Source: Basidiobolus meristosporus CBS 931.73
Taxonomy: Eukaryota > Fungi > Basidiobolomycota
Reading direction: 5' to 3'
Assembly: GCA_002104905.1 (NCBI GenBank)
Contig: MCFE01000138.1
Span: 1-64,000, forward strand
DNA: 64,000 nt
The translations under genes and the position numbers were made by a program. The notes under the pieces were generated by a model. That model ran no database searches. It was not told the DNA's origin and saw only the letters and a list, made by a program, of their open reading frames with translations. Below, piece by piece: positions 19,301-33,189 of the stretch (its first letter is position 1; each line of letters starts with the position of its first letter).

Positions 19301-22300
19301 TCTGGATTAAGGTGTGCTTCTTTCAGGGTCTCATGATGTCAGGGCATGAAAAACACTGAATGAGCCAAAAATAATCTGCTCATGCTGTATTGAGTCAGTA
19401 ATAATGCTCCTAAATAGTACTCTGAGTAGGAATTCCATGTGACTTACACTTCACTCTTATTTGTTGCTTTCTCAGCACTAAGAAATTTCAGGACTACTGC
19501 CACAGTGGCTCTGAGCCCTATTTAATGGAAACAATGGTAACAAAGTCATCCTGGTGTTTCAGCTGCATATCTGCAGGAAGCTTGATTATGGGTATAGTAT
19601 ATGATCTGAAATTATTGCTCAGAGTGTTATTGATCTGCAACCATTCAACTAGGTCTTCAGTCACTGTTGTGTTTTACAATTCATTGGTAATTGTTACTGC
19701 TATAGAAGGTCCAAATTCAGTTTTCTCTGGCAAAGCAGTTGGGACACAGAGATTACTTAGCATTAGAATACTGACCAAGACTACCTTGAAAAAACTCAGC
19801 CCATGATCTTCCATAGTTCTTGGCATGCTTAAGAATGTATTCACCTAGTAGGATATACTGGTCTCTACTTTACTTATTCCATTCATTTGAGCTGATTAAA
19901 GCATCACAGAGTGCCACAACATGATGTGTTATGCAAGATTAGGATCAAAACCTCATGCATATGACTCTGAAATACAAAATTATTAACAAAGTATACAGCA
20001 CTACCTGAAACTATGAGTCCTGGCACAATAAACAGGTCTATTAGACTTGGTCTATTGTACTGTAGCATGGTGTGTTGGGCATTTAATGGTCTCCAAGTAC
20101 AATTGGGAGTACTATGATAGATACCATTAGACAGTATTGTTCTTGGATGATATTTCTCTGTGTGGGACAATCTTGTTCACTATGGCACAATCTGACACAA
20201 TGTGGTTGGTACCAATGACTACACCAACGTGTAATGTTGGTATCTTGTGCGCAATTAGATTTTACAAGTTCTGGTAGTTTACTTCTGGGAGCCTTGGGAT
20301 CATTTTCTTTCAATCATTCATTTGGTTGTGATGGCTGAGCTATGAGGCACAAAGGACAGCTGGGTGGTGTGGAGAGTTGATGCTATTAAGGATATTGATA
20401 GGACAGAATCTGGCATATTGAGCTTGACAGGTATTCTGAATGATTATATTGATCTTGTAGCATACAAAATTTCATGGACTGATTGTGTACCCATTAGTGG
20501 ACATAGTTGCCAGCCTATAATTGTAACTGGCTACTGATAGTCTCTGAATACTCAGTTGTGCCGCTATACACCTGCTGATTTTAAGAGCTTAAAGTGAGAT
20601 TCCTGACTGGGGTTGCCACCACTTTTGCCTTTCATAACTCTCAGATATTTACAATTTACTTTTTGATAACTAACCAACACATTTCTTCTCTCTGCTTGCT
20701 ACCAGTCCCTGATTTAGGTGTGCTCCAGCTCTTGTGTGTGTTAATTGTATATTGAAAGTGTAGAAACTGGCTTGTACCCAGGAGGTTGTTTGTATACTTT
20801 GTTTCACTTGCTCTGGTAGCAATTTGCTGATTGTTGTGTCTAACTCAGCTTTACCTAGCCCAACTGAATACACATAAAGATAGGCTACTGAGCTTGTTAC
20901 TGCCAAAGGCATAGGCAGCTCCATATGCACACACATGTTCTATATTTTCAAGCTCTTTCTGGTAATCCTCAATATGCCAACTCAACACTTCCATAATGGA
21001 CTTGAAGATCATTTTCTTGATGCCATTGGGATATGGCAGTACTTGAAAATTGACTCATCTTCCTATCTTCACCTATATCCACCCACAGAATACTCCCAAA
21101 AGGCAATGCAAGAATCTATGTTCTTTGTCAACACAGCAAGAATGAATAGTGACTGAATACAGTAGCAGCAGAGGAGATACTTTCTTGCTGGTTACATCTG
21201 CCTATATGAATATATACTGCATTAATACAATCTGAATGCCATACAAATCCTGCAAAAACCCTGTTCAAAGGCTGTCCAGCTTATTATTTTATTTTTCAGA
21301 AAATAGCAAAACATTTTCACAATCCCACCAAAATGCTGTGACAAGGGTCAAGAATTCCAAGGTGCTGTCAAGATTATGTGTTCATTGCAGGATCCCAATG
21401 GCTGATTGTAATGAGATCCACCCACAGGACCAAGCTATTTTGCATTCTGGAACTAAATCCTGAAATCACCACAAAGAATTATGGACAAGACAACAGCTAT
21501 TTTCAAAGAAGGCAGAGGTGCTGCCTATTGAGCCAGAATATGTTGAGGTAGGCAAGTTCATAGAAAAAGGTAATTTTCTCACCTCAGCCTCTACATCCTG
21601 CACCACTTACACAGCAGAGATCCTGATGATGGGCAAAGCAACAACATTAAGAATTAAGCAAACCATTACAATGTCTACAGTAGAATGTTTCAACATTAAC
21701 AGGCACACCAGGAGTTTGCAGCACCTCATCATGAGCAGTATTTGCAAAAATGCATCTGATTTTGTAGGGACTTATTGCAAAGACTGCCAGATGAGGTGCT
21801 GGACCTTGCAATTCCACTGAAGACCAGGATATATGAGAACCAGTAAAAAAATCATGGCACAAAGATATAAAATCTTGCTTAAGTCATGAGTGAAGGGCAT
21901 TATTACAGACACACATACCAAAAGGTCAATTTGAATAGGGCTACCATTTGAGTGTAAGATCAGGCTTAATGTTTATTTTAGTATTGGGACTTGCATAGGC
22001 ATGTACAGCTTCCCCTTGAGTTACAAGCAAGTATTCAACAAAATAAGCCAACTTACATGCTTGAAAGTAAGCATGGTTGAGTTAGAAAGTACAGCATGCA
22101 AAGGAGACAATAGCTAATCAATGTAAACAAATATAGTAGATTATTGAGTGTTTGTGGTACAGAAGTGAAAGATATGGGAAATAACAAATCAATTGCAACT
22201 TGGCAATTGTAAGATGAAAGCTTTGACCAAATATTTTGTGAAATCTGAGGTGCAATATTTCCCAACAACTTCTACATGGTACCCATCTATTCCTCTTGGT

Positions 22301-24039
22301 CATTGGATTTGGACCTAACAACAGCCTTTTCACAGAATTACCACAATTAATTCTTGAAGGGAAACCAATATAAGATTAAAGTGCACCAAGGAAAACAAAT
22401 GTATTGGCTGATAACCAAAAGGTACTCTGTGAATATCTAACTGTTGAAAATGCTAAAGGTGGCCAATATAAGGTATATGTTTGTTAAGTGAATATGTGGC
22501 CAGCAGCACAAAGAGTATGAGAACTTGAAAGCACCCAGTTGAAATTCTGGTGAGTGGAGGTAATGGAAGTTTACCAATTTAGTAATTGTGTGGAGATGCA
22601 GAGACAAATAAAGATGAAGCCAGAGTACTTTTTGCTTGAAGCTCCATTTGCAATTCCTAAGAAGCAGATGTATAATTAAAGAGGTATTATCTTTAACAAA
22701 TGAGCCACTTGCACAATGGTGGTATATGGTAGGAGATAATATAAGTAGCCTGGTAGGTCTATAGTTCATATTGACTATTTGATAGCAAGCTAAGATCAAA
22801 ATCTCACCATAAAAAGGATATGATGTGCCATTGGTGAGCTGTCAATAGACCATTGAATCTATTACCAGGAAAAGAAATTCTAATGGTGTTGGTAATAGAA
22901 AATACCATGATTCTGTGATAATACTGTACCAGTACCCCTCAAATATTCTCAAGAAACCATGCAGATCTTACTTTAAAAAACTGATGGTTTTGCTACAAGG
23001 CCATCAAGACCACATGATGATTTGTGCAAAGTTAAAGTTACTGTGCTTTGTATGGGGCAATTTTAGAATCTGTGCCTAGTGGTTAGAATCCAAATAACAC
23101 AAAAAGTCAAATAATCCCTCTCAGGGTTTTTGTTATATGTTGCTGTTGTATGATAGAGGTTCTGGTATATATCTGCTGGCATCTTTATGTTGTATGGCTA
23201 CCAAAGTAGTCTATTTGTGTCACTCCAGAAATGCTGACTCCTAAAGCAAACAGTTTACTCAACTTGCATAAGTAAAGAACATGTATCCTCCCTATGCTCT
23301 TTTACAGAAACTGCAATCATAACACAAGTCTCTATGCTGGGAAGCATCTTGGAAGCACTGAGAGCATTCTGTGGTATTCAACATATGGGAAGCCATTAAG
23401 TATCAGACTTTTTATCATGATGTTACAGCAATTGCCTAATACTATCATGCCAGAAAGTTTTAGTATGCAGTCCTATGGTCATATATATAGCCAAAAACCA
23501 ATTGGGAATTATTTGAAATTTTTAAGCAAAATAAGTATTAGTAGCAAGCTATTATATTTAGTTTACTAAAGCCATAAGGTGCTTTACTCATATCATCAGA
23601 AGTATAGCTGTTAGCTTATTGCAAACTTGATACTGAAGGCTCAATTAAGATTCAAGTTAATAAAACTGTGCCAAGCTACTATATAGCATATACAACTTAG
23701 CCATTAAAATGTCACACTTGGAGTAGGCTGGGGAAGTGGATACAGAATAATCAAAACTTGCTATTCCCTGGGGTATTTCTCAATAGTATAAGCATCATCA
23801 GCACACTAGAGTCTTCCAGTAAGGACAAGATGCCACAAAAAGAACCAACAAATCTTTAATCAGCTCAGTATCCAGCTCAGTATATTAAATAACTGGCATC
23901 ATCTGATTATGCACAAGATATGCTGCCTTTAAAATAGGTACCCAACAGTACACATGTTATGATGTAGATAAAGAAACCATATCCTAGCTACTCATCAATT
24001 CATATCAAAATCAAGTATAGCATATTTTATAATATTTGC

Positions 24040-24970
24040 TTATTAACCTAGAGATCTTGAACTGGAACTCAGGTTGAAGCCAAGAGTTTTTTGACCTGGG
24101 ACATAGATCCATATCATAGGGTGTTACAACTGAAATTCAGGTTGAAATAATTCATTTGTAAACAACTGTATTGGGTTATTTGATAGATATGTTTACCTGG
24201 AAGTTATATTCATGTGAGGGATTAGATTTCATGGTGCACAGGTTACTATAAAATCTTCTCACAGTTGATGCATAGCATAATCTGAGAAACTTATTAACCT
24301 GAGCCAGAAACAGATATCATAGATTTGTCAGCTCAGAAAGTATCATCCTGTGGATCTCCTAATCAGGGTCTAGACTGATCCAGTGAAGTTGCCAATATTG
24401 TATTAACCTGGAACCCAGGTTCATGTAAAAGAGTTGTTATTCTGTAAACAGCTTTATTCCACAGAGTTATTAGTCTAGGACTCAGCATTAGACCTTATGC
24501 TTGTTTTTCTGGGATTTTGGTTTATACCATAGAGTGCAGACCTTAGACCCAGGTTTGTACCATAGAGTATTCAGCCTGCAATGTAGAATTATGCCATGGT
24601 AAGGTAAACCAGAACCCAGTGTATACCATAAGGTTTTTATTCTGCAACTGGCTGTGTTCTACAGTATTGTTTGCTGTAGTCTTGCTGGCCTGGCCTCCAA
24701 ATTTTTGCTATGGTCTTGTTGACCTGGCCTCCAGGTTTATATTATGGTCTAGTGAACCTGGCCTCCAGGCTTATGCTAAAGTCATGTTAACCTGGCCTCT
24801 GGGCTTATGTTACAGTGTTGCTAACCTGGTCTTGCAACTTAGGCTATAGTCCTGTTAACCTGGGCTCCAGGTGTATAATATGGTTTTGACAATTGGGTCC
24901 CCAGGGTCATGCAATGGTCTTATTGACCTGGGCTCCAGGTTTATGCAATAGTCTTGTTGACCTAGCCTCC
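24040..24970. repeat. 34-bp satellite, block 1 (older, diverged)
   Basis: Recurrent AACCTGG..CCAGG units, clearest from ~24680. Confidence 0.65.
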
Positions 24971-24974
24971 AGGC

Positions 24975-25305
24975 TTACACCTTGTTCTTCCCTGTGAAAA
25001 ATCAGAAACTTGGAATACATAAGATCTTCAGCCAGTATTCTGCTAGTGTCATGATGGTATGTTGCTGATATTCAGCTTGAGTTTTTTGTTCAAATTTTCA
25101 ACTGCAATTTTTGTTGGAAGTAGAGGGCAGCTAATGACCAATATTGGTGTGAATGCTAGTTGACCTATCCATTTGATAAAAGTGTCTGCTTGTCTCCCCA
25201 ACTACTAGAACCTGACCAACTAAAAGTTGTCAGTTTTGAGAAACTTAGAATTCAGCAGATATTATGATGGTATTCTACTGGTCTTTCTTAATTCTATTTC
25301 TTAGG
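24975..25305. repeat. ~330-bp non-satellite module, copy 1 (copy 2 at ~27425-27745)
   Basis: Colinear similarity between the two modules (AAACTTGGAAT..GATCTTCAG..GATGGTAT..GCTGATATTCAGCT..CTAATGACCA..GTGTCTGCTTG..TTCAGCAG). Confidence 0.75.
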
Positions 25306-27420
25306 GCTTGTTAACCTGGCCTCCAGGCTTATGCAATGTACTTATTAGCCTGGCCTCCAGGTTTTTGCTATGGTGATATTCACCTGGCATCTAGGTGCTA
25401 CCTATTGTCTTGTTAGCCTGCCCTCCATGTTTATGCTATGTTCTAATTAACCTGGCCTCTACATTTATGTTGAAATCCAGTTAACCTGGCCTCTGGTCTT
25501 ATGCTAGGTTCTAATTAACCTGGCCTCTGGATTTATACCATATTCCTGTTGACCTGGCCTCTAGGTTTATGCAATAACCTAGTTAGCCTGGCCACCAGGT
25601 TTATGCTATGGTCAAGTTAACCTGGCATCCAGGTTTAGGGCATTGTCTTGTTAACCTAGCCTCTAGGCATATGCCACAGCCTTATTAACCTGGCCTGCAG
25701 GCTAATGCTAAAGTCCTGTTAACCTGGCTTCCAGGCTTATGCTATGGTCTTGAAAACCTGGCCTCCTGGATTATGTTGTGGCCTTGTTAACCTGGCCTCT
25801 TGGTTTATGCTATGGCCCTCCTAACCTGGACTCCAGTTTTCTGCTATTATCCTCCAAATCTGGCCACCAGGTTTATGCTGTAGTCTTGTTACCCTTGCCT
25901 CTAGGTTTATACTATGATCTTGCTAATCTGGCCTCCGGCTTTATGTCATGGTCTTGTTAACCTGGCCGTTAGATTTATGCTATTGCTTTGCAAACCTGGC
26001 CAACATGCTTATGTTAGAGTCTTGTTAACCTGGCCTCCTGGTTTTTGCAACAAGCTAGTTTGCATGGCCTTCAAGTTTTTGCCATGGTCTTGATAACCTG
26101 GCATCCAGGTTTATGTTGAAGTCTTGTTAACTTGATATCCAGGTTTATGTTATAGTGTTGTTAACCAGCCTCCAGGTTTATGCAACAGACTTGTTAGCCT
26201 AGTCTCCAGATTTTTGCCATTGTCTTGTTAACCTGGCCTTTGGGTTCATGTTATAGTCTTATTCACCTGGACTTCTGGTTTATGCAACAATCTGGTTAGC
26301 CTGGCCTCCAGATTTTTGCCATGGTCTTGATAACCTGGCTTCCTGGTTTATGCCAAAGTCTTTTTAACCTGGCCTCTGGGTTAAAGCTATTATCTTGCTA
26401 ACCTGTCTCCAAGGTCTAAGCTATTGTCCAGTTGACCTGGCCTCCAGGTGTACCATATGGTCTGGTAAAACTAATCTCCAGGTTCATGCTAAGGTCATGT
26501 TGACCCATCCTCCAGGTTTATGCCATGGTCCCGTTAGCCTGGCCTCTAGGTTTTTGCCATGGATGTGTTAACCTGACCTCCAGGCTTTTGCTATGAACTT
26601 GTTAACTAGGCCTCCAGGTTTATGCAATAATCTTAGTAGCCAGCCATTCAGGTTTATGCTATGGTTGTATATACCTTGCCTACCAGTTTATGCAGTGGTC
26701 TTGCTAATCTGACCTCCAGGTTTATTCAATGGTCTTGTAAACCTTGACTCTGGGTTTTTGCTGTGGTTGTGTTAACCTGGCCTTCAGCTTTATGCTACAG
26801 TTATGTTAATTTGGCCTCCAGGTCAATGCTATGGCCTTGTTAACTTGACCTCCAGGTTTATGCTATGGTTTTATGAACTTGGGTTACAGGTTTATGTAAT
26901 AATATTGTTAGCATGGCCTCCATGTTTATACAATGGTCTTGTTAACATGACCTCCAGGTTTGTGCTATGGTCTTGCTAACACAGCCTCTAGGTTTATGAT
27001 ATGGCCTTGTTTACCTGGCCTCTGGGCTTATGCTTTGGCTAACTCAACCTGTCCTCCAAGCTTATACCATGGTCTTGTTAAGCTGGCCTCCAAGTTTATG
27101 CCATGGTAGTATTAACCAGGTGTCCAGGTTAATGCTATGACCATTTTTGCTATTGTCTACTTAGTCTGGCCTCCATGCTTATGCTATGGTCATGTTAACC
27201 TGGCTTCCTATATCATTCTATGGTCTAGTTAACCTTGACCCCAGGTTTATGCTATAGTCTTCTTTAGTTGTCCTCTGTGCATATGCTGTATCTTTCCTAA
27301 CCTGGCCTCTGGGCTGATACTATGGTCTTTTTAACCTGTACTCCAGGTTTATGCTATGGCCTTGTTAACCTGGCTGCCAGGTTTATGATGTGGTCATCTT
27401 AACCCAGCCTCACATATATG
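25306..27420. repeat. 34-bp satellite, block 2 (consensus GTTAACCTGGCCTCCAGGTTTATGCTATGGTCTT)
   Basis: The unit counts as 34 nt. Spurious ORF translations repeat every 34 aa (3 units). Confidence 0.92.
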
Positions 27421-27745
27421 TATTGGAATTCCTTAAAAAAATCTTAAACTTGGAATTCATGTGATCTTCAGTGTCTATACTGCTTGTAACCTGATGGTAT
27501 TTTGCTGATATTCAGCTGGTATTTTTGGTTCAGATTCTTGTCTGTAATCTTTGATGGATGTAGTGGGTGGCTAATGACCAAATTTGGTATGAATGATAGT
27601 TGACCTAGTATCCTCCTGGAAAATGTGTCTGCTTGCCTCCCCAGTAATTAGAACTTGCTCTGCTGAGGCTTTTCAGTTTTGAAAACCAGATATTCAGCAG
27701 TAAATATGAATGTATGCTGCTTGTTATTGCTTGATTTTTTGTAAG

Positions 27746-30700
27746 GCTTATAAACCTGACCTCCATGTTTATGCTATAGTCTTATTGACCTAGCCTCTAG
27801 GCTGATGCAACAATCATGTTAGCCTGGCCACCAGGTTCTGACTATGGTCTTTTTAACCTAGTGTCTGGGTGTTTACCATTGCCTTGTTAGCCTGGCCTCC
27901 ATGTTTATGCTATACTTTTGTTGACCTGGCCTCTAGGTTTATGTCGAAGTCTTGTTAACTTGGCCTCTGGACTTACACTATGGTCTAGCTAGCCTGGCCT
28001 TGAGGTTTAGGCTACAGCTCTCTACACCTGGGCTCCAGGTGTGTCCCATGGCCAGGTCAATCTGGCCTATGGGGTTTATGCTCTGGTTTGTCAACATGAT
28101 CTTGCAGATTTTGCTATTGTATTTTCAGCCTGGCCACCATATATAAGTTATGGTATAGTTAACATGGGCTCCAGATTTATGCCATAGTCTTCTTAACCTG
28201 GCCTTTGGTCATATGCTATAATTTTCTTAACCTGGACTTTAGGTTTATACTATGGCTTGGTTAGCCTGGCCTCCAGGTTTATGCTATAGTCCAGTTAACC
28301 TGCCCTCTAATTTTATGCTGTGGTCTTCTAAACCTGCCCTCCAGGCTTGTACTATAATATTTTTAGCCTGGCCTCCATGCTTACAATATGGTCTTGTTAA
28401 CCTGGCCTCTGGACTTATACTGTGGCCTTGCTAACTTGGCCTCCAGGTTTGCACTGTTGTTTTGTTAGCCTGGCCTGCATGTTTATGGTATGGGCTTATT
28501 AAACTGGTCAATAGGTTTTGGATATAGTATTTTTGCTTGGCCTTCAGGTTTATGCTATGGTCTAGTTAAGTCAGCCTTCAGGTTTATGCTATAGTCTTGT
28601 TAACCTAGCCTCCAGGTCTTTGCTATTGTCTTGTTAACCTGGTCTCAAGGCTTATGCTATAATTTTGTTAATCTGATCTCCCGGTTTATGCTGCTTTCTT
28701 GCTAACCTGGCCTCCAGGTTTGTGCTATTGACTTGTTTACCTGGCCTCCAGGTTTAAACTACAGACTTGTTAACCAAGTCCCTAGGTTATGATATGGCCC
28801 TGTGCATAGGTCCTCCCAGTTTTTGCTATAGTCAAGATAGCCTGGCCTCCTGGTTTATTCCACAGTCTTGTCATCCTGACCTCCAGGTTCATTTTGTAAT
28901 CTTGTTGACCAGGCCTCCAGGCTTATGCAATGATCTTGTTACCCTGGTCTCCTGATTTTTGCCATGGCTTTGATAACCTGACCTCCAGGTTTATGCTAAA
29001 GTCTTGCAAACCTGGTCTTGGGCAAAGTTATTGCCTTGCTAACCTGGCCCTGAGGCTTAGGCTATAGTCCGGTTAACCTGGCCATCAGGTTTATACCATG
29101 GTCCTATAAATCTTGCCTCCAGGCTTATGCTATGGTCTTGTTAACCGGCCTCCAGGTTCATGCAAATATCTTGTTAGCCTGGCATCCAGGTTAGTGCTAT
29201 GGTCTTGTAAACCTTGCCTCCAGGCTTATGCTGCAGTCTTGTTAACTGGGCCTCCAGATTTATGCTAAAATCCTGTTAGCCTGGCATCCAGGTTAGTGCT
29301 ATGGGCTAGTAAACCTTGCCTCCAGGTTTATACAGTGGTCTTGTCAACCTTTCCACTAGGTTTTTACTACAGAATTGGTCAATGTGCCGCTTGTTTTTTA
29401 CTGTGGTGTAGTTAACCTAGCCTCCAGGCTTTTGCTATGGTCTTCTGAATCTGGTCTCTGGGCATATGCAATAGTTTTCCTAACCTGGCGTCTAGGTTTA
29501 TACTATGGCCTTGTTAACCAGGCCTCAAGGTTTATATTATAGCTCAGTTGACCAAGTCTCTAGGTTTATGCTATAGTTTCTTAACCTGGCCTCCTGGTTT
29601 TTGCTATCAACTTGTTAGCCAGGCCTCCATGCTTATACAATGGTCTTGTTAACCAGACCTCCAGGCTTAAGCTGTTATCTGGTTAACCCAGCCACCAGGT
29701 TTATGTGATGGCTTGTTAACATGGCCACCAGGTTTGTGCTATTGGCTTGTTATACTGACCTCTTGGTTTATGCTATGGTCATGTTAAGCTTGCCTCTGGG
29801 TTTATGCTAATGTCTTGTTTACCTGGCCTCCAGGTATATGCTATATCCTTGATAACCTAGTCTCTAGGTTATGTTACAGCTTGGCTCACCTGGCCTGCAA
29901 GTTTATGCTATGGTTAAGATAGCCTGGCCTTGGGGTTTATGCAATAGCCTTGTTAACCTGTCCTCTAGGTTTGTGCTATAGTCTTCTTATCCTGACCTCT
30001 AGGTATGCAATATGGTCATGTTAACCTGGCCTCCAGGTTTATGCTAATGACTTGTTAACCTGGCCCTGAGGCTTAGGCTATAGTCCTGTCAACCTGGCCT
30101 TTAGGTTAATACCATGGTCTTGTAAACCCTGCCTCCAGGTTGATGCCATGTTCTTATCAGCCTTTCCTCTAGGTTCTTATACAGTCTTGGTTACCTTGCT
30201 GCTTGGTTTTTACTGTGGTCATGTTAACCCAGCCTCCAGGCTTATGCTATAGTCTTGTTACCTAGGCCTCTATGCTTGTGCTTTAGATCTGTTTATCTGA
30301 CCTCTAGGTTTATGCCAGAGACCTGTCAGCCTGGCCCCAAGGTCCATGCTATAGTCTTGTTAACCTGGCCTCTAAGAACATGATAAAATATGTTACAGGC
30401 CTGTTGGCCAGACCTCCAGGTTTATGCCAGAGACCTGTTAACCTTACAGCCAGGCTTATACAAAAAGTATTTAGCCTGGTTTTTGGGGTTTTACCACAAA
30501 GTTGCTAACCTGGCCACCAGGCTTGTCCCACAGGCAAATAATCCTGGTCTTGTGGCATATGCCACAGACTTGATAACCTGACCTTCAGGTTTATGCCACT
30601 GACCTATCAACCTGGCCTCCAAGCTTATTTCACAGACCAGCTGATCTTGCCTCTGAGATATTGTTTTAGAATAGTCAATCTGGCCTCTAAATATTTGCCT

Positions 30701-31255
30701 TAGGCTTGATGACCAGGCTTCAACATTTATGCCACAGTTTTGTTAACCATTCCTTAAGGCTTGTGCCACAGACCTATCAACATGGTCACCAGGATTATTC
30801 CATTGACCTATCTGCCTGGCCTCTAGGCACATCCCACAGACTTATCAACCTGGCCTCCAGGTTAATGGCACTGACTAGTTACTCTGGCCTCCAAATTTCT
30901 CCTACAGACCTGTTAACCTGGCCTCCAGATGTATTCTATAGTCTTCCTGACCTGGCCGCCTGGTTTTTGTCAGCAACTTCATAGCCTGGACTCCAGGTTT
31001 ATGCTGGAGATGTGTTACCCTGGCCTCCAAATTATGCCCCAGACATGTGAACCTGGTTTCCTAGCTTGTGCAACAAGCCTGGAAACCTGGCCTCCAGATT
31101 AATACCACATACCTGTTAACCTGGACTACAGGGCTATGCTACAGCATTGTAAACATGGCCCCCAAGTTGATACCAGAGACTTTTTAACCTGGTAGCCAGG
31201 CATACACCAAAGACCTGTTAGTTTGGCTTCCAGGGTTTTACAACATACTTGATAA
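27746..31255. repeat. 34-bp satellite, block 3, switching to a ..TATGCCACAGACCT.. variant after ~30380
   Basis: Continuous degenerate 34-mer array. An intact core example is at 30023-30039. Confidence 0.92.
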
Positions 31256-31929
31256 TCTGTGGTAATGGAAAGTACTCCATTACTACAATATCTCAAAACC
31301 AATACTGCACTCATTTCTTTATTTTGCTTTTTGCTATTATAACACACAAGTGAAAGATCAAGAATTTCCAACCTTGAAGGACAAATGCTCCTGACCCTGA
31401 CAAGCAAGCAACCCAAGAATATTATGTCATGTAGAGCATTCAGTTGCCAACACATGTTTCAGATTAAAGTTCATTTGAAGCAGTACTTAAGGAGTTATGA
31501 TCAAAAGAGTCTAATAACCATATTTACTAGGCCTCAATTGCTAAGATAACTATGGTGACTTTGATTGCATATTACTCTCAAACCAGCCAATCAAATCACG
31601 TGAATTCTCACAGGTGCTGTGCCTATGTCCAATCTGCACCACTGCAAAATTTTAGCTTTGTATCATGTGTATTGCTTGTACTATTGCCCAAAAACTTTGA
31701 TCCTTCAGAATTTTCATATTTATGATTTCCCAAGCTGAAAAATAAAGGAGAGCCTCTCTTTCCAGAATCTCCACACTACAATTACAAGTTTACAGGTTTT
31801 AAGACCTCCCCTGCATCACTTGCACTGTTGAGTATTTGACTTTGATCAGTACTACATCAGTAAAGAGACTGTAAAGCAGACAAGAATCCAATTCAAGTTC
31901 TACAAGAAAACTACCACTTGTCTCTTGGA

Positions 31930-32145
31930 AAAGTCCCCTCTAAGAAACCCCTTTACTCTAAAGACACCCCTTTAAAGACCCCTTTAAGAAACCACTTTAC
32001 TCTTAAGAAGCCCCTTAGGCACCCCTTTAGTGTAAAGTCCATTGTAGAGACCACTGTAACAAGCCCCTTTACTTTAAAGACACCCCTTTAGGTTCATAGT
32101 CCCCTTTAGAGACTTCTACAACACACCCCTATAGGTTAAAGGGGA
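31930..32145. repeat. Cluster of ~12 CCCCTTTA-like motifs ending in an inverted TAAAGGGG
   Basis: Seen directly, with irregular 10-25 nt spacing. Confidence 0.7.
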
Positions 32146-32319
32146 GTTCAGAATTTCCAAATAAGGAAATATTTCCTCAGCAAGCAAAGTGACCTACAGA
32201 TTAGGCAAAGTTACTATAAAAGCAAATAAGCCCAATAGCCAACAGAAGGTGTGAAAACTGCTACAAAAGGGAAATAACACCTACTATAGTATATTTTGGG
32301 CCTAAGATTGAGGATATTA

Positions 32320-33047
32320 GACTTGTTCCATTGGATAGTGCCACATTGAGCCAACAGTGCCAAATGATGCCATAGTGTGCCAGGAAGGCCAATTGAGCCT
32401 ATAACTGGCCACAGAGTGTGCAGCATAGCTCTGCATCTTCACGCATAGCAGCCCCTGTGTTTCACCCATTGCATTGGAGAAAATCCTTTTTTTCACCTTT
32501 TTTAGGTCAATGTTGTTCAGGTTGTGTAAGAGCACAAAAGGATTGAAGATATGAATCCAGTACTCAATACCCATGGCACTCTGAATCTAGCTCCTGTGGC
32601 TTGTCACATGTCACAAAGATCCATGGCAATATCTTGGTCCACAGGTACTATCTGGCACTATATTAAATTATTAAACTAGAGTAAGATCTGTACAAAGCAC
32701 TTATAGTGTCTGAGAGTACCAGTGGAACAAGATATTTCCATGGATCTTTGTGACATGTGACAAGCCACAGAAGCTAGACTCAGAGTGCCATGGGTATTGA
32801 GTACCAGATGTATATCTTCAATCCTTTTGTGCCCTTACACATCCTGCACAACATAGATCCACAAAAAAATGTCAAAAGATGGATTATCTCCTGCATCATA
32901 GGTGAAACACAGGGGCTGCTTTGCATGAGGATACAGAGCTATGTTTCACACTCTGTGGCCAAGTATAGCTTTGCTTGGCCTCTCTGGCATACTATGGCAT
33001 CATTTGGCACTCTTGGCTCAATGTGGCACTATCCAACAGAACAAGTC
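32320..33047. mobile_element. Foldback / MITE-like element, 728 bp: ~345-bp inverted arms around a 41-nt loop, flanked by TA
   Basis: Termini TA|GACTTGTTCC...GAACAAGTC|TA. The arms are reverse-complementary along their full length, with repeated GTGCCA/TGGCAC motifs. Confidence 0.8.
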
Positions 33048-33189
33048 TATTAGTGAAAGTTATATCTTCCATTGGTACTTCAAACTCCCAATAATCTATT
33101 TCAGTATGAGCATACTATAAGTTGTTGTATATTGTTGATTAGCCTCTACATTGTAGAACAAGCCCTAAACTAATCATAATACAACACAA

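Noticed and set aside
19900-23600. Plavaka/CACTA-like or other transposase relics
   Set aside because: Only weak fragments (LFLVILNMP.., CVHCRIP..), too degraded to assign by eye. Needs tBLASTn.
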